A stretch of 64,000 bases of DNA from Paracoccaceae bacterium (GCA_024640245.1 JAHEFH010000002.1:263-64262); one strand, 5' to 3'. Positions 31,054 through 43,198 are shown, numbered from the stretch's first letter. The notes: a model not told the origin generated them from the sequence alone. Made by a program: numbers and translations.

Positions 31054-31080
31054 CCCGGCTTTTAAACTGCGCCGAATTGC

Positions 31081-31269
31081 CTAGAAATCCGAGGTTATGC
31101 CCTTTTTCTCCCAGTCGCCGAAGCGGGTGGGTTCCGGCCCGTTGCGTCCGCCGAGTTCCAGCGGCAGGTCCGGATCTTTCCGGTTCTTTTTTCGCGCCTC
31201 GGCCTCTGCCAGTGCGCGTTCGGCGGCGGCTTTGATGCGGGCTTCGATTTCGGGGGTCGATTTCGTCAT
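31081..31269 (-). CDS. DUF1674 family protein (SDHAF4/Sdh8-like)
   Basis: 62 aa ending ELGGRNGPEPTRFGDWEKKGITSDF; it is the C-terminal part of the track ORF 31081..32523. Confidence 0.88.
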   Translation of the reverse strand: MTKSTPEIEARIKAAAERALAEAEARKKNRKDPDLPLELGGRNGPEPTRFGDWEKKGITSDF

Positions 31270-31410
31270 GGCTCTTTCCTGTTGCGGCAAAATATGGCGC
31301 AGCTGCACCGGAGTGCAAGCCGATAGTGGCATAAAGTGCAAAAGCTCTGGCCGCGCCGTCGCCGGCAGGGTATCAGCGGCAACAGCCAACCCAAAGGAAC
31401 AGGCCCCAAC

Positions 31411-32700
31411 ATGAGCAAGCAAGGCTTTGCCGCCCGATCCGCCGCCATGACGTTGCTGCACGGCGTGCTGCACGATACCAAATCCCTGTCCGATATCGTC
31501 GAGGGGCCGAACAGCCCGCTGAAAGATCTGGAACCGGGCGAGCGGGCGCGGGCGCAATCGCTGGCCAAGATCACGCTGCGCAATCTGGGGCCGCTCGATC
31601 AGGTGCTGGACCGGTTCCTGACCAAGAAGCCGCCGTTGCAGGTTCTGAATATCCTGCGCCTCTGCGCGGCGGAACTGCTGGTTGACGGAATTGCCGCGCA
31701 TGCGGCGGTCGATGGCGCCGTGACGCTTGCGCGGTCCAAGCAAAAGGCGAACCATCTTTCGGGTCTGGTCAATGCCGTGGCGCGGAAACTGTCGGAGGTT
31801 GACCGCGAGGAGTTCCTGAAACTTCCTCCGCATCCGCTGGCGAAGTACCTGCGGGTTCCGGTGGAGCGCGCCTATGGCGAAGAGGCCGCCGTGCGGATCG
31901 ACGCGGCGCACCGTGCGGGCGCACCGGTGGACCTGACACTGAAGAACCCTGCTGAAGACGAGAAGTGGGCGCTGGCGCTGGACGCCACGATCCTGCCGAG
32001 CGGCAGCCTGCGGCTGGCCGACAAGGGCCAGATCTCGGCCCTGCCGGGCTATGACAGTGGCGACTGGTGGGTGCAGGATACGGCTGCCTCGGTCCCCGTC
32101 AGGCTGTTCGGCGATGTTGCCGGCAAAACTGTTTTGGACCTGTGTGCGGCGCCGGGAGGCAAGACGATGCAACTGGCCGCCGCCGGCGCCAAAGTGACTG
32201 CAGTGGATATTTCCGGCGACCGTCTGGCCCGTGTGCGCCAAAACCTCGACCGCACCGGCCTGAGCGCCACGCTGGTCGAGGCGGATGCCTTCAAGTGGAC
32301 ACCCGCAGAGTCGCTGGACGCTATCCTGCTGGACGCGCCCTGTTCGGCGACCGGAACGATCCGGCGCCATCCGGACCTGCCGTTCGTGCGTCGCGACTGG
32401 GACTTGCAACCGGTGCTGAAGATGCAATCCGACATGCTGGACCTCTGCGCCAAATGGTTGAAACCCGGCGGACGGCTTGTCTACAGTACCTGTTCGCTGT
32501 TGCCGGTCGAGGGCGAGACCCAAATCGCGAAATACCTTGCCCGGACCCCGGATATGAAGTCGCTGGATTTCGACGCTGCGGCGCTGGGCATGGACAATGG
32601 CTGGAAGCCTGGCGAAGGCCAGTTGCGCCTGCGTCCGGACTATTGGGCCGAGGTGGGCGGCATGGACGGTTTTTTCATGGCGCTACTGCAGAAAGTTTAA
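31411..32700 (+). CDS. rsmB: RsmB/NOP family RNA m5C methyltransferase
   Basis: NusB-like N-terminus, WWVQD, DLCAAPGGKT, DAPCSATGTIRRHP, YSTCS. Confidence 0.9.
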   Translation: MSKQGFAARSAAMTLLHGVLHDTKSLSDIVEGPNSPLKDLEPGERARAQSLAKITLRNLGPLDQVLDRFLTKKPPLQVLNILRLCAAELLVDGIAAHAAVDGAVTLARSKQKANHLSGLVNAVARKLSEVDREEFLKLPPHPLAKYLRVPVERAYGEEAAVRIDAAHRAGAPVDLTLKNPAEDEKWALALDATILPSGSLRLADKGQISALPGYDSGDWWVQDTAASVPVRLFGDVAGKTVLDLCAAPGGKTMQLAAAGAKVTAVDISGDRLARVRQNLDRTGLSATLVEADAFKWTPAESLDAILLDAPCSATGTIRRHPDLPFVRRDWDLQPVLKMQSDMLDLCAKWLKPGGRLVYSTCSLLPVEGETQIAKYLARTPDMKSLDFDAAALGMDNGWKPGEGQLRLRPDYWAEVGGMDGFFMALLQKV

Positions 32701-32771
32701 CCTAGAATCGGTGGTGACACGCCGGAGTCGCATGCCTATGATCCGGCGCAAGTCACTTGGAAAATAAGTAT

Positions 32772-34502
32772 ATGTCAGATCTGCGCTGGACCAGCTATGC
32801 GCTCGCTGCGCGATGGAAAGACAAACGGGCCCGGATGGGGAATGCATGGTGCGCCCGAACCAGCCGGTTCTTCCCGACCGCCAGAGGTTTCGTATCACAA
32901 CCCGAACCCCGCAGTTTCGGCGTGGCGGCGCGCGGCGCGCAGCTTGCGGCTGGAAACTATTTCTTTGCCGGCGGTCTGGTAGAAGCTCCGGACCGGTCGA
33001 TCTGGGACATCGTACCGACTGACGAGGCTTTCGATCAGGAAATTCACGGTTTTGCCTGGATGGACGACCTGTTCGCGGCCAGCGGCAAGGTCAACAAGGC
33101 GCTGGCCGGCAACTGGCTGCTGGAATGGGCGCGGCGCTATGGCAACGGCAGCGGACCGGGCTGGCGTCCGGAACTGGCCGGCCGGCGTGCGCTGCGCTGG
33201 ATCAACCACTCGATTGCCCTGCTGGGCCAGATGGACCGCGCCGACCAGAAGACCTATTTCCGTATTCTCGGTCAGCAGGCGCGGTTCCTGTCGAAGCGCT
33301 GGCATGCCGCGGCCCCGGGGCTGCCGCGTTTCGAGGCCCTGACCGGTCTGGTCTATTGCGGGCTGGCGCTGGAAGGCAAGGAAAGATACCTGCCGCGTGC
33401 GTTGCGCGCGCTCAGCCGCGAATGCGAGCGTCAAATCGGACAGGACGGCGGTATCGCCAACCGGAATCCCGAACAGCTGATGGAAATCTTCACGCTTCTT
33501 ACATGGGCCGCCCGCGGGATCGAAGCCGCCGGAAGCGCCCCCGACCGCGCCCATTTGCTAGCGATGGAGCGGATCGCGCCGACCTTGCGGGCGCTTCGTC
33601 TGGGCGACGGCAGTCTGGCGCAGTTCCACGGTGGCGGGGTGGGGATTGCGGGAAAGCTCGATCAGGCGCTGTCCGATTCCTCTATCCGGTTGCCGGCGCG
33701 GCCTGGCGGCGGAATGGGCTATGCGCGTTTGGCCAATGGCCGAACCATCCTGATCATGGATGCAGGCAAGCCGCCGCCGGTAAGCGCTTCGGAAAACGCG
33801 CACGCCTCGACACTGGCCTTCGAGATGTCGTCGGGGTTCTATCCGGTGATCACCAACATGGGTTCCGGCTATGCCTTCGGGCGCGACTGGCGCAACGCTG
33901 CACGCTCGACCCCGTCGCATTCCACGCTCGCGGTCGCGGGCAAATCGTCGGCCCGGTTTTCCAGCAACGAATTTGTCGGCCGGAGCTTCGGCAACAAACT
34001 GACCGAAGGGCCGACCAAGGTTTCGGCCCAGACCCAGATCGGACAGAACGGCATCGGTATCACCGCGTCGCATGATGGATACGTCAGTTCTCACGGCTTG
34101 TTGCACATGCGCCATATCATGTTGTCGCCGGACGGCACTCACCTGTCGGGCATCGATGCGGTGGAGGCGCGCACCGACGCCGAGAAAGCCATGTTCGACA
34201 AACGCTCGTCTGGCAAGAAGCGCAGCGGCATTCCGTTCAAGGTACATTTCCATCTGCATTCGGACATCGAGGCCGAGATCGGACTGGGCGGTCAGGCAGT
34301 TTCGCTGACCTTGCCGAACGGCGAGGTCTGGGTGTTCCGCCACGAAGGCGGCAGCCTGTCAATGGAACCCAGCGCCATGATGGACGCATCGCGCCTGATT
34401 CCGCGCGCGACAAAACAGATCGTTTTATCCGGACGGGCGATCCACTATGAAGGCGCCGTGAAATGGACTCTGATACGTACGGAGCCCGCCAAATCGCACT
34501 GA
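32772..34502 (+). CDS. Heparinase II/III family protein
   Basis: HGFAWMDDL, HASTLAFEMS, ARSTPSHST, ASHDGY; sits in the usual rsmB-heparinase-purH context. Confidence 0.82.
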   Translation: MSDLRWTSYALAARWKDKRARMGNAWCARTSRFFPTARGFVSQPEPRSFGVAARGAQLAAGNYFFAGGLVEAPDRSIWDIVPTDEAFDQEIHGFAWMDDLFAASGKVNKALAGNWLLEWARRYGNGSGPGWRPELAGRRALRWINHSIALLGQMDRADQKTYFRILGQQARFLSKRWHAAAPGLPRFEALTGLVYCGLALEGKERYLPRALRALSRECERQIGQDGGIANRNPEQLMEIFTLLTWAARGIEAAGSAPDRAHLLAMERIAPTLRALRLGDGSLAQFHGGGVGIAGKLDQALSDSSIRLPARPGGGMGYARLANGRTILIMDAGKPPPVSASENAHASTLAFEMSSGFYPVITNMGSGYAFGRDWRNAARSTPSHSTLAVAGKSSARFSSNEFVGRSFGNKLTEGPTKVSAQTQIGQNGIGITASHDGYVSSHGLLHMRHIMLSPDGTHLSGIDAVEARTDAEKAMFDKRSSGKKRSGIPFKVHFHLHSDIEAEIGLGGQAVSLTLPNGEVWVFRHEGGSLSMEPSAMMDASRLIPRATKQIVLSGRAIHYEGAVKWTLIRTEPAKSH

Positions 34503-34546
34503 TCCCGCCTCCCCCGCGGGACAACGCATAGCAAAGGATGTCACAA

Positions 34547-36139
34547 ATGTCGCAAGACCTCGTGCCGGTTCGTCGCGCACTACTCTCCGTATCCGACAAG
34601 ACCGGACTGATCGACCTCGCCAAGGCGCTGAACGCGCGCGGAGTGGAACTGCTGTCCACCGGCGGCACCGCCAAGGCTATCCGTGAGGCCGGCCTGCCGG
34701 TTAAAGACGTATCAGAAGTGACGAACTTCCCCGAGATGATGGACGGCCGCGTCAAGACACTTCATCCAATGGTGCATGGCGGTCTGCTGGCGCTGCGTGA
34801 TAATGCGGAGCATCAGGCATCCATGGCGGAACACGGCATCGCGCCGATCGACCTGCTGGTGGTGAACCTCTATCCGTTCGAGGCGACGGTCGCCAGCGGC
34901 GCGGGCTATGACGATTGTATCGAGAATATCGACATCGGCGGGCCTGCCATGGTCCGGGCGGCATCGAAGAACCATGAATTCGTGACCGTTATCGTCGATG
35001 TCGAGGACTACTCCGCCTTGCTGGCGCAGTTGGACGAAAACGACGGCGCGACCGGTTACGCATTCCGCCAGTCTCTGGCGCAGGTGGCTTATGCCCGCAC
35101 GGCAGCCTATGATGCGGCGGTGTCCACATGGATGGCGCAGGCGATCGGGAATGCCGCGCCGCGGCGCAAGGCGATCGCGGGCACACTGGCCCAGACCCTG
35201 CGCTATGGCGAAAACCCGCATCAGTCGGCGAGTTTCTATCTGGACGGCTCGACCCGTCCGGGTGTGGCGACGGCAAAACAGTGGCAGGGCAAGGAACTGT
35301 CCTACAACAACATCAACGACACTGACGCGGCTTTTGAACTGGTAGCGGAGTTCGATCCGGCGGACGGGCCCGCCTGCGCGATCATCAAACATGCCAATCC
35401 CTGCGGCGTGTCGCGCGGCAAGACCATGGCGGAAGCCTATCAGAACGCTTTTGATTGCGACCGGACCTCGGCCTTTGGCGGGATCATCGCGCTGAACCAG
35501 ACGCTGGACGGCGCCACCGCTGAACAGATCGTGCAGATTTTCACCGAAGTGGTGATCGCCCCCGATGTGACCGAAGAGGCCAAAGCGGTTTTTGCGGCCA
35601 AGAAAAACCTGCGCCTGCTGACCACCGGCGGCCTGCCGGATGTCACGGCCACGGGGCAGACATGGCGACAGGTATCCGGCGGCTATCTGGTGCAGGACCG
35701 CGACAATGGCCTGATAACGCTGGATGACCTGAAAGTGGTAACCAAGCGGCAACCGACCGGGGCCGAACTGTCCGACATGCTGTTCGCGTGGAAAGTCGCC
35801 AAACACGTCAAGTCCAACGCCATCGTCTATGTCAAGGATGGCGCGACCGTGGGCGTCGGGGCCGGTCAGATGAGCCGGGTCGACAGCACCCGAATCGCCG
35901 CGCGAAAGGCACAGGACATGGCAGAGGTTCTTGGGCTGGCTTCGCCGCTGACCCAAGGTTCGGTCGTGGCTTCGGATGCGTTCTTCCCGTTTTCGGACGG
36001 TCTGCTGACAGCCGCCGAAGCTGGCGCGACCGCAGTAATCCAGCCCGGCGGCTCGATGCGCGACGATGAGGTGATCGCGGCGGCCGACAAAGCCGGTCTG
36101 GCCATGGTCTTTACCGGCATGCGCCACTTCCGTCATTGA
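34547..36139 (+). CDS. purH: Bifunctional AICAR transformylase/IMP cyclohydrolase
   Basis: [41 protein letters not shown]. Confidence 0.98.
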   Translation: MSQDLVPVRRALLSVSDKTGLIDLAKALNARGVELLSTGGTAKAIREAGLPVKDVSEVTNFPEMMDGRVKTLHPMVHGGLLALRDNAEHQASMAEHGIAPIDLLVVNLYPFEATVASGAGYDDCIENIDIGGPAMVRAASKNHEFVTVIVDVEDYSALLAQLDENDGATGYAFRQSLAQVAYARTAAYDAAVSTWMAQAIGNAAPRRKAIAGTLAQTLRYGENPHQSASFYLDGSTRPGVATAKQWQGKELSYNNINDTDAAFELVAEFDPADGPACAIIKHANPCGVSRGKTMAEAYQNAFDCDRTSAFGGIIALNQTLDGATAEQIVQIFTEVVIAPDVTEEAKAVFAAKKNLRLLTTGGLPDVTATGQTWRQVSGGYLVQDRDNGLITLDDLKVVTKRQPTGAELSDMLFAWKVAKHVKSNAIVYVKDGATVGVGAGQMSRVDSTRIAARKAQDMAEVLGLASPLTQGSVVASDAFFPFSDGLLTAAEAGATAVIQPGGSMRDDEVIAAADKAGLAMVFTGMRHFRH

Positions 36140-36615
36140 TGCCCATGACCCGTATCCTGATCGCCACGTTAGCCGTATTCCTGCTGGACCAGTCCAGCAA
36201 ATGGGCCGTCGTGGTCGGTCTGGATCTGCGGAACAGGCTGGCGGTCGACGTTTTCCCGCCTTTTCTGAACTTTCGCATGGCATGGAACGAGGGCGTAAAT
36301 TTCGGCCTGTTTTCCAATGACACAGATATCATGCGATGGGTCCTTGTTGCCCTGGCGCTGGCAATCAGCGGCTGGCTGCTTTGGTGGGGGCGGAACATGT
36401 CGGGCTGGCTTGGCGCGATTTTGGTCGGTCTGGTGGTTGGCGGCGCCTTGGGCAATGTGGCGGACCGGATACTCTATGGCGCGGTGGCGGATTTCCTGAA
36501 TATGTCGTGCTGCGGGATCAGGAACCCCTATGCCTTCAATGTCGCTGACATCGCCATTTTCCTCGGCGCGTTCGGGCTGCTACTATTTGGCGACAAGCTG
36601 CACAACAAGGCGTGA
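36139..36615 (+). CDS. lspA: Lipoprotein signal peptidase II
   Basis: DQSSK, WNEGVNFG, GALGNVADR, VADF, FNVAD. Confidence 0.95.
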   Translation: MPMTRILIATLAVFLLDQSSKWAVVVGLDLRNRLAVDVFPPFLNFRMAWNEGVNFGLFSNDTDIMRWVLVALALAISGWLLWWGRNMSGWLGAILVGLVVGGALGNVADRILYGAVADFLNMSCCGIRNPYAFNVADIAIFLGAFGLLLFGDKLHNKA

Positions 36616-36674
36616 CCTTGCGAAAAAACTGATATAAGGCTGTGAACTGGTATTGGAGGAATTCGGGGCGTGAC

Positions 36675-37253
36675 ATGTCAATGAAACGATCAATTTTCGG
36701 GCCGCTGGTTGCGGCGGCGTTTTTGTTGGCGGCCTGTTCGAACGGTGACAACACGCTGATGAACCTCCAGCAGGATGGCGAAGGTCCGGACGAATTCGCG
36801 ATCCTGCCGACCAATCCGCTGGAGACGCCGAAAGACCTGGCCTATTTGCCCGAGCCTACGCTGGGCGGGACCAACCGCGTTGACAAGACGCCGCGCCGCG
36901 ATGCCGTTGCAGTGCTTGGCGGACGGGCCACACTGATGGACAGCGACCGCATACAGGCAGGCGAACAGGCGTTGCTCAGCGCTGCAGGCCGGTTCGGCAT
37001 CGACCGCGATATCCGCAGCAAGGTTGCCACCGAAGATGCGGCATTTCGTGCCAATGCGCGGGTCCGGTTGCTGGAACGCATTTTCAACGTGAATGTCTAT
37101 CTCAGCACCTATGCCGAAATGTCGCTGGATGCACAGCAAGAGTTGTTGCGGCTACGCAAGATGGGCATCCGCACCCCGACCGCGCCGCCGCCTCCGCCGC
37201 CCAAGATCAGGCGTGCTCCGGTAGAAGAGCACGAAAATCTGGATAACTCCTGA
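36675..37253 (+). CDS. DUF3035 family lipoprotein
   Basis: Lipobox LLAAC, GPDEFAILPTNPL, PTLGGTNRVD, RTPTAPP. Confidence 0.8.
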   Translation: MSMKRSIFGPLVAAAFLLAACSNGDNTLMNLQQDGEGPDEFAILPTNPLETPKDLAYLPEPTLGGTNRVDKTPRRDAVAVLGGRATLMDSDRIQAGEQALLSAAGRFGIDRDIRSKVATEDAAFRANARVRLLERIFNVNVYLSTYAEMSLDAQQELLRLRKMGIRTPTAPPPPPPKIRRAPVEEHENLDNS

Positions 37254-37366
37254 TACCCGGGCTCTGCAGTAGCCAATACATATCCGGTCACATTCGCGTT
37301 TGTAGCGCTTGAAGGTTTGTGCGCATGGACTAATCTGTCCCAAAATCGCCAATACAAGGTCCGGGA

Positions 37367-38713
37367 ATGTTCAAGCAGTTCGCATTTTTAGTGTTGTTCA
37401 CCTTCTCAGTGCCCGCCGCAGGTTTTGCGCGGCAGGACTTCGTCACCAGTTTCAGGCTGGATAACGGGATGGAGGTCGTGGTTCTGGAAGACCATCGCGC
37501 CCCGATCGTGACCCATATGGTCTGGTACAAGGTCGGCGCTGCGGACGAGGTCGCCGGAAAATCCGGCATTGCGCATTTTCTTGAACACCTGATGTTCAAG
37601 GGTACCGACAAGATGGCGGCGGGCGAGTTTTCCAAGATCGTAGCGGCTAACGGAGGTAGCGAGAACGCCTTCACGTCGTTGGATTACACCGGTTATTTCC
37701 AGCGGGTCGCGGCCGATCGACTGGAACTAATGATGGAAATGGAAGCCGACCGCATGCGCAATCTGCGCCTGACCGAGGAAGAGGTCCTGCCGGAACGTGA
37801 CGTGGTGCTGGAGGAACGCAACTCGCGCACCGAAAACGATCCCGGCGCCCTGTTTTCCGAACAGCGCAGTGCGCTTCAGTATTTCAATCACCCTTACGGC
37901 GTGCCGATCATTGGATGGAAGCACGAAGTCTCGGCCTTGACCCTGGAGGATGCGGTCGCGTTCTATAAAACTTACTACGCGCCAAACAACGCCATTCTCG
38001 TGGTGGCCGGCGACGTGGAGCCGTGGGATGTCCTTGCTTTGGCCGAGCAATATTACGGCGTTCTTGCGCCCTCGGACAACCTTCCGCCGCGTATCCGGCC
38101 TCAGGAGCCGCCGCATCTGGCGCCGGTTCGCGCTGAATTCCGCGATGCGCGGGTCGGAACCCCCTATCTGATCCGCACCTATCTTGCGCCGAACCGCAAG
38201 AGCGGCGACCAGAAACAGGCGGCGGCGCTGACCATTCTGGCCGAGTTGCTGGGCGGGTCGGGCATCACGTCGGTTCTGGGCAAAGAACTGCAACTGGAAC
38301 AGAAGGTCGCGCTGAACGCGGCCAGTTTCTATGGCGGCGTTTCGGTCGACCCGCAGACCTTCGGCGTCTACGTGGTTCCGGCGCCCGGGACGACACTGGC
38401 ACAGGCCGAGGCGGCGATGGACGCCTCGATTGCCAAGTTTTTGGACGACGGGCCTGACGCCGAACATCTGGCGCGCATCAAGACACAGATACGGGCCTCT
38501 GAAATTTTCGCTCGCGACGACGTCGACGGTTATGCACGGCGCTATGGCGCGGGGCTTACGGCGGGTTTGACCATCCAGGATATTCAGGACTGGCCCGATG
38601 TCCTTCAGTCGGTCACGGCCGAGGACGTCGTTGCCGCGGCTAAGGACGTTTTCGTGCTGAACAATTCGGTTACCGGCTGGTTGATGCCCCTGAAAGAGGA
38701 AGCGTCCAAATGA
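37367..38713 (+). CDS. M16 family zinc peptidase, catalytic subunit
   Basis: HFLEH inverted zincin motif, NAFTSLDYT, HPYGVPIIG. Confidence 0.93.
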   Translation: MFKQFAFLVLFTFSVPAAGFARQDFVTSFRLDNGMEVVVLEDHRAPIVTHMVWYKVGAADEVAGKSGIAHFLEHLMFKGTDKMAAGEFSKIVAANGGSENAFTSLDYTGYFQRVAADRLELMMEMEADRMRNLRLTEEEVLPERDVVLEERNSRTENDPGALFSEQRSALQYFNHPYGVPIIGWKHEVSALTLEDAVAFYKTYYAPNNAILVVAGDVEPWDVLALAEQYYGVLAPSDNLPPRIRPQEPPHLAPVRAEFRDARVGTPYLIRTYLAPNRKSGDQKQAAALTILAELLGGSGITSVLGKELQLEQKVALNAASFYGGVSVDPQTFGVYVVPAPGTTLAQAEAAMDASIAKFLDDGPDAEHLARIKTQIRASEIFARDDVDGYARRYGAGLTAGLTIQDIQDWPDVLQSVTAEDVVAAAKDVFVLNNSVTGWLMPLKEEASK

Positions 38714-40023
38714 TCCGTTTTCTTGCCGTTTTCGTTTTCGTTCTTTGGAACGCTTTTCCGGCCCTGGCGGGGATTACCATTCAGCAGGTCACGTCCGAGG
38801 GCGGGATCAAGGCGTGGCTGGTGCAGGAACCCTCTATACCCATCATCGCGATGGAGGTTTCGTTTCGGGGCGGCACCTCTCTGGACGCGCCGGCCAAGCT
38901 TGGGGCCACGAACCTGATGGCCGGACTGCTGGAAGAGGGCACCGGCGATATGGACGCGGCTGCGTTTCTGCGCAGAACCGAAGAACTGGCGGCGCGGTTC
39001 ACCTTCGATGCGGGCCGCGACAGCGTCACGGTGACGGCACAGGTTCTGCGCGAAAATTCAGGACGCGCGCTGAACCTGTTCAAACAGGCGATTACAAAAC
39101 CGGCTTTCAACGATGTTGCCTTCGCGCGGGTCCAGAGCCAGGTCATTTCCATCCTGCAATCGAATTCCACCGATCCGAACGAGATAGCCTATAGCAAGAT
39201 GGACGAGATCGGCTTCGGCAATCATCCCTATGGCCGGCCGGGCGAGGGCACTATTGAAACGGTCAGCGCGTTGAAACCTGCCGACATACGCCTCGCGCAT
39301 GCGGCGGCCATGGCCAAGGACCGGATGTTCGTTTCCGTGGTCGGCGATATATCCGCGCAGGAACTGGGCCCGATGCTGGACGAGGTGCTGGGCGATCTGC
39401 CTGAGACAGGTTCGCCTCTGCCTGAGAAAACGACTTTTTCGGCCACCGGCGGCACTACGGTCGTTGACTTCGACACACCGCAATCGGTTGCGATCTGGGC
39501 GCAACCCGGGATCGAGCGCGACGATCCGGATTTCTTTGCCGCCTACGTTATGAACCATATTCTGGGGGGCGGGTCGTTTTCCTCTCGCCTGACGGAAGAG
39601 GTGCGCGAAAAGCGCGGGTTGACCTATGGCGTTTATTCCTATCTGGCGCCTTATGATCTGGCCCCGATTTTCGGCGGAACGGTGGCCTCGGCGAACGATC
39701 GGATCGGGCAGGCCATCGATGTGATCCGCGCAGAATGGAAAAAGATGGCCGAGCAGGGCGTGACCGCGGCAGAGCTGGAGGCGGCGAAGAAATTCCTGAC
39801 CGGGGACTATCCGCTACGTTTCGACGGCAACAGCCGGATCGCCAGCATCCTGACGGGCATGCAGATAACCGACCTGCCCGTTGACTATATAGCGACCCGG
39901 AACCAGCAGGTCGAGGCGGTGACGCTGGAGGACGTGAAACGGGTGGCGGGGTATCTGCTACAACCCGAGAACCTGCGGTTTGTCGTCGTTGGCAAGCCTG
40001 CCGGCGTCGAGGCGACTGACTAG
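38710..40023 (+). CDS. M16 family peptidase, non-catalytic partner subunit
   Basis: Lacks HxxEH; SRLTEEVREKRGLTYG. Confidence 0.9.
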   Translation: MIRFLAVFVFVLWNAFPALAGITIQQVTSEGGIKAWLVQEPSIPIIAMEVSFRGGTSLDAPAKLGATNLMAGLLEEGTGDMDAAAFLRRTEELAARFTFDAGRDSVTVTAQVLRENSGRALNLFKQAITKPAFNDVAFARVQSQVISILQSNSTDPNEIAYSKMDEIGFGNHPYGRPGEGTIETVSALKPADIRLAHAAAMAKDRMFVSVVGDISAQELGPMLDEVLGDLPETGSPLPEKTTFSATGGTTVVDFDTPQSVAIWAQPGIERDDPDFFAAYVMNHILGGGSFSSRLTEEVREKRGLTYGVYSYLAPYDLAPIFGGTVASANDRIGQAIDVIRAEWKKMAEQGVTAAELEAAKKFLTGDYPLRFDGNSRIASILTGMQITDLPVDYIATRNQQVEAVTLEDVKRVAGYLLQPENLRFVVVGKPAGVEATD

Positions 40024-40079
40024 AATCCGGCGCAGAAGGTCGTGGTCGAATCGCCCTTTGACATGCTATCCCTTGGGGT

Positions 40080-41930
40080 ATGAATATTTCTGAACGCAAT
40101 ATATCGGGTGTTTTACCGGTAATCCGGCAACTCGACGCCGCTGCCGCCAACCGCATCGCGGCGGGCGAGGTGGTGGAGCGTCCGGCCTCTGCGGTCAAGG
40201 AACTGGTCGAGAATGCGATAGACGCCGACGCGCGCCGGATCGAAGTCGCTTACGCCGATGGCGGCAAAGCCCTTATCCGCGTCACCGACGACGGCCACGG
40301 CATCGCGGCGGAGCAGCTGCCGCTGGCACTGTCGCGGCACGCGACCTCGAAGATCGACGGGTCCGACCTGTTGAATATCCATACCTTCGGTTTTCGCGGC
40401 GAGGCCTTGCCCTCGATGGGCGCGGTAGGCCGTCTGTCAATCACCTCGCGTGCGGCGGGGGCAGACATGGCGGCGGTCATTTCCGTGAACGGCGGCGATA
40501 TCGGTACTGTCAAACCTGCAGCGCTGGCCAAAGGTACGGTGGTGGAACTGCGCGACCTGTTTCAGGCCACGCCGGCGCGGCTGAAGTTCCTGCGCACAGA
40601 CCGGGCAGAAGCGCAGGCGATTGCAGATGTTATCAAACGTCTGGCGATGGCCGAACCTTCCGTCGGGTTCGTGCTGCGCGACGTCACCGGCGGAGGCGAG
40701 GGCCGTGTCGTATTTCGCGCCGACCCGCAAACCGGCGACCTGTTTGCTGCGCTGCATGGACGTCTGGCGCGTATTCTGGGGCAGGATTTTGTCGATAACG
40801 CGCTGGCCATCGATGCCGAGCGCGAGGGAATAACGCTGACCGGCTATGCCTCTCTGCCGACCTATTCGCGCGGGGCGGCGGTGGCGCAATACCTGTTCGT
40901 GAATGGCCGGCCTGTGCGGGACAAGCTGCTGATCGGCGCACTGCGCGGAGCCTATTCCGATTTCCTCAGCCGCGACCGTCATCCGGTGGTGGCGCTGTTT
41001 CTGGATGTCGATCCGACACGGGTCGATGTGAATGTGCACCCCGCCAAGGCCGAGGTCCGGTTTCGCGAACCCGGCGTTGCGCGCGGACTGATCGTCTCGG
41101 CCCTGCGCCATGCGCTGGCTGAAGCCGGGCACCGGGCTTCGTCGACCGTGCGCGATGCGGCGCTGGGCGCGTTCCGGCCCGAATCGCAACCGGAACGTCC
41201 AATCTATCAGATGGAGCGGACAGGAGCGGCCTATCCCCAACGGAGCTTCACAGAGCCGATGCAGCAGGGCTTCGGCGAGGTTGCGGCCATGTCGGCCCGT
41301 GTCGAGGAGGCATTCGGGATCGACACATCAGTAACCGAGTCGCTGCAGGCCAATCCTTTGGGCGCGGCGCGGGCGCAGTTGCACGAGAATTACATTATTG
41401 CCCAAACCTCCGACGGCGTTGTCATTGTTGACCAGCATGCGGCGCACGAACGGCTGGTTTATGAAAAGTTGAAGCGGCAGATGGCCGAAAACGGGGTGCG
41501 GGCGCAGGCGCTGCTGATCCCCGAGATTGTCGAACTGTCACACGGCGACCGCGATCGCCTGCTAGAGGTTGCCGACGACCTGATCCCGCTGGGCCTGACC
41601 ATCGAGGGTTTCGGCGGTTCCGCCGTCTGCATCCGCGAAACCCCGGCGATCCTCGGCGAGGTCAATGCCGCGGCGCTGGTCAATGATATCCTCGACGAGC
41701 TTGCGGACCTGAACCAGACCCAGTCGATTCGCGACAAGATCGAGGCGATCCTGTCCCGCGTCGCCTGCCACGGCTCCATCCGGTCGGGCCGCCGGATGCG
41801 CGCCGAAGAGATGAATGCGCTCTTGCGCGAGATGGAGGCAACGCCGCATTCCGGGCAGTGCAACCACGGGCGGCCGACCTACATAGAGCTGAAACTCGAC
41901 GATATTGAAAAACTGTTTGGACGCAAATGA
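40080..41930 (+). CDS. mutL: DNA mismatch repair endonuclease MutL
   Basis: [39 protein letters not shown] endonuclease motif, CNHGRPT. Confidence 0.98.
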   Translation: MNISERNISGVLPVIRQLDAAAANRIAAGEVVERPASAVKELVENAIDADARRIEVAYADGGKALIRVTDDGHGIAAEQLPLALSRHATSKIDGSDLLNIHTFGFRGEALPSMGAVGRLSITSRAAGADMAAVISVNGGDIGTVKPAALAKGTVVELRDLFQATPARLKFLRTDRAEAQAIADVIKRLAMAEPSVGFVLRDVTGGGEGRVVFRADPQTGDLFAALHGRLARILGQDFVDNALAIDAEREGITLTGYASLPTYSRGAAVAQYLFVNGRPVRDKLLIGALRGAYSDFLSRDRHPVVALFLDVDPTRVDVNVHPAKAEVRFREPGVARGLIVSALRHALAEAGHRASSTVRDAALGAFRPESQPERPIYQMERTGAAYPQRSFTEPMQQGFGEVAAMSARVEEAFGIDTSVTESLQANPLGAARAQLHENYIIAQTSDGVVIVDQHAAHERLVYEKLKRQMAENGVRAQALLIPEIVELSHGDRDRLLEVADDLIPLGLTIEGFGGSAVCIRETPAILGEVNAAALVNDILDELADLNQTQSIRDKIEAILSRVACHGSIRSGRRMRAEEMNALLREMEATPHSGQCNHGRPTYIELKLDDIEKLFGRK

Positions 41931-43120
41931 TACAAATCGGTGATCTTGTCCTTGATCTAGGCGATCCGCTGACGGTGGCGGCGCTGATCGGCGGCACGCT
42001 GTTTCTGGCGCTGCTGGTCATGGTTTTCATGGCGCTGAAGGTCGCGCGCCGGTCGGCTGAGGCGCTGCAACCGCTGGCCCAGCAGATGGGGCAGCTGGGC
42101 GAAAACGTCCGGATTCTGAACGACAGCCAGCACCAGCTCGCCGGCGGGCTGAAGACGGTCAGCGAGACACAGTCCGTCGCACAGGCCAATATGGTAAACA
42201 CGCTGGAACGGCGGCTGGAAGAGGTCCAGAAAGCCATGGGCGAGACATTGCACGGCACCGCTACACGCACCGCGCGTTCGCTGGGCGAGTTACATACGCG
42301 GCTGGAAACCATCGACAAGGCGCAGACCAATATCGAGAAACTGTCAGGCGATGTATTGTCATTGCAGGATATCCTGTCCAACAAACAGGCGCGCGGCGCC
42401 TATGGCGAGATCCAGTTGAACGACATCGTGTCCAAGGCGCTGTCGCCGGATGCCTATGCCTTTCAGGCGACTCTGTCGAACGGCAAGCGTGCCGATTGCC
42501 TGATACACCTGCCGAACCCGCCGGGACCGATCGTGATCGACAGTAAATTCCCGTTGGAACCCTATGAGGCCTATCGAAGAGCCAAGACCGATTCCGACCT
42601 GTTGCAGGCGGCGCGCCAGATGCGCGCCGCCGTGCGCGCCCATATCAAGGCTATTTCGGAAAGATACATCATCGAAGGCGAAACCGCCGACGGCGCGCTG
42701 ATGTTCCTGCCGTCCGAGGCGGTCTATGCCGAATTGCACGCGACCTTTCCGGAAATCGTGCGCGAGGGTTTCGATGCGCGGGTCTGGATCGTCTCGCCGA
42801 CCACCTGCATGGCGACGCTCAACACGATGCGCGCGGTGCTGAAAGATGCGCGGATGCGCGAACAGGCGGGCGCGATCCGCAACGAGTTGGGAATGCTCTA
42901 CAAGGATATCGACCGGCTCGGGACGCGGGTCGGGAACCTCGACCGGCATTTCGCGCAGGCCGCCAAGGATGTCGAGGACATCAAGATCTCGGCCACCAAG
43001 GCCGGCAACCGTGCACGGCGGCTGGACCAGTTCGACTTCGACGAACTTGCGGACGAGACGCCCGTTCCCAAGGCAGATGTCCTGAAATTGACGCCAAAAG
43101 GGTCATCGGGCGGCAATTAA
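41927..43120 (+). CDS. rmuC: DNA recombination protein RmuC
   Basis: N-terminal [28 protein letters not shown]. Confidence 0.93.
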   Translation: MIQIGDLVLDLGDPLTVAALIGGTLFLALLVMVFMALKVARRSAEALQPLAQQMGQLGENVRILNDSQHQLAGGLKTVSETQSVAQANMVNTLERRLEEVQKAMGETLHGTATRTARSLGELHTRLETIDKAQTNIEKLSGDVLSLQDILSNKQARGAYGEIQLNDIVSKALSPDAYAFQATLSNGKRADCLIHLPNPPGPIVIDSKFPLEPYEAYRRAKTDSDLLQAARQMRAAVRAHIKAISERYIIEGETADGALMFLPSEAVYAELHATFPEIVREGFDARVWIVSPTTCMATLNTMRAVLKDARMREQAGAIRNELGMLYKDIDRLGTRVGNLDRHFAQAAKDVEDIKISATKAGNRARRLDQFDFDELADETPVPKADVLKLTPKGSSGGN

Positions 43121-43198
43121 GCGGTTGCGCGACGTTTCCCCGTCTTCTCTTGCCGCCGATATTGTCTTATTCCGGTCCTGTCGACACGGAGCAACAGA

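Noticed and set aside
31270-32523. 480-aa minus ORF containing DUF1674
   Set aside because: Only the last 62 aa are a recognisable protein; the rest is antisense to rsmB.
34500-34530. Other TGATCC hexamers (34500, about 32739, about 27459) as extra sigmaE promoters
   Set aside because: None has CGTA at the 16-nt spacing.
37308-37336. Possible RpoH promoter (CTTGAA-N16-CTAATCT) before the M16 peptidase pair
   Set aside because: The -35 is good but the -10 is a weak match; not supportable without TSS data.
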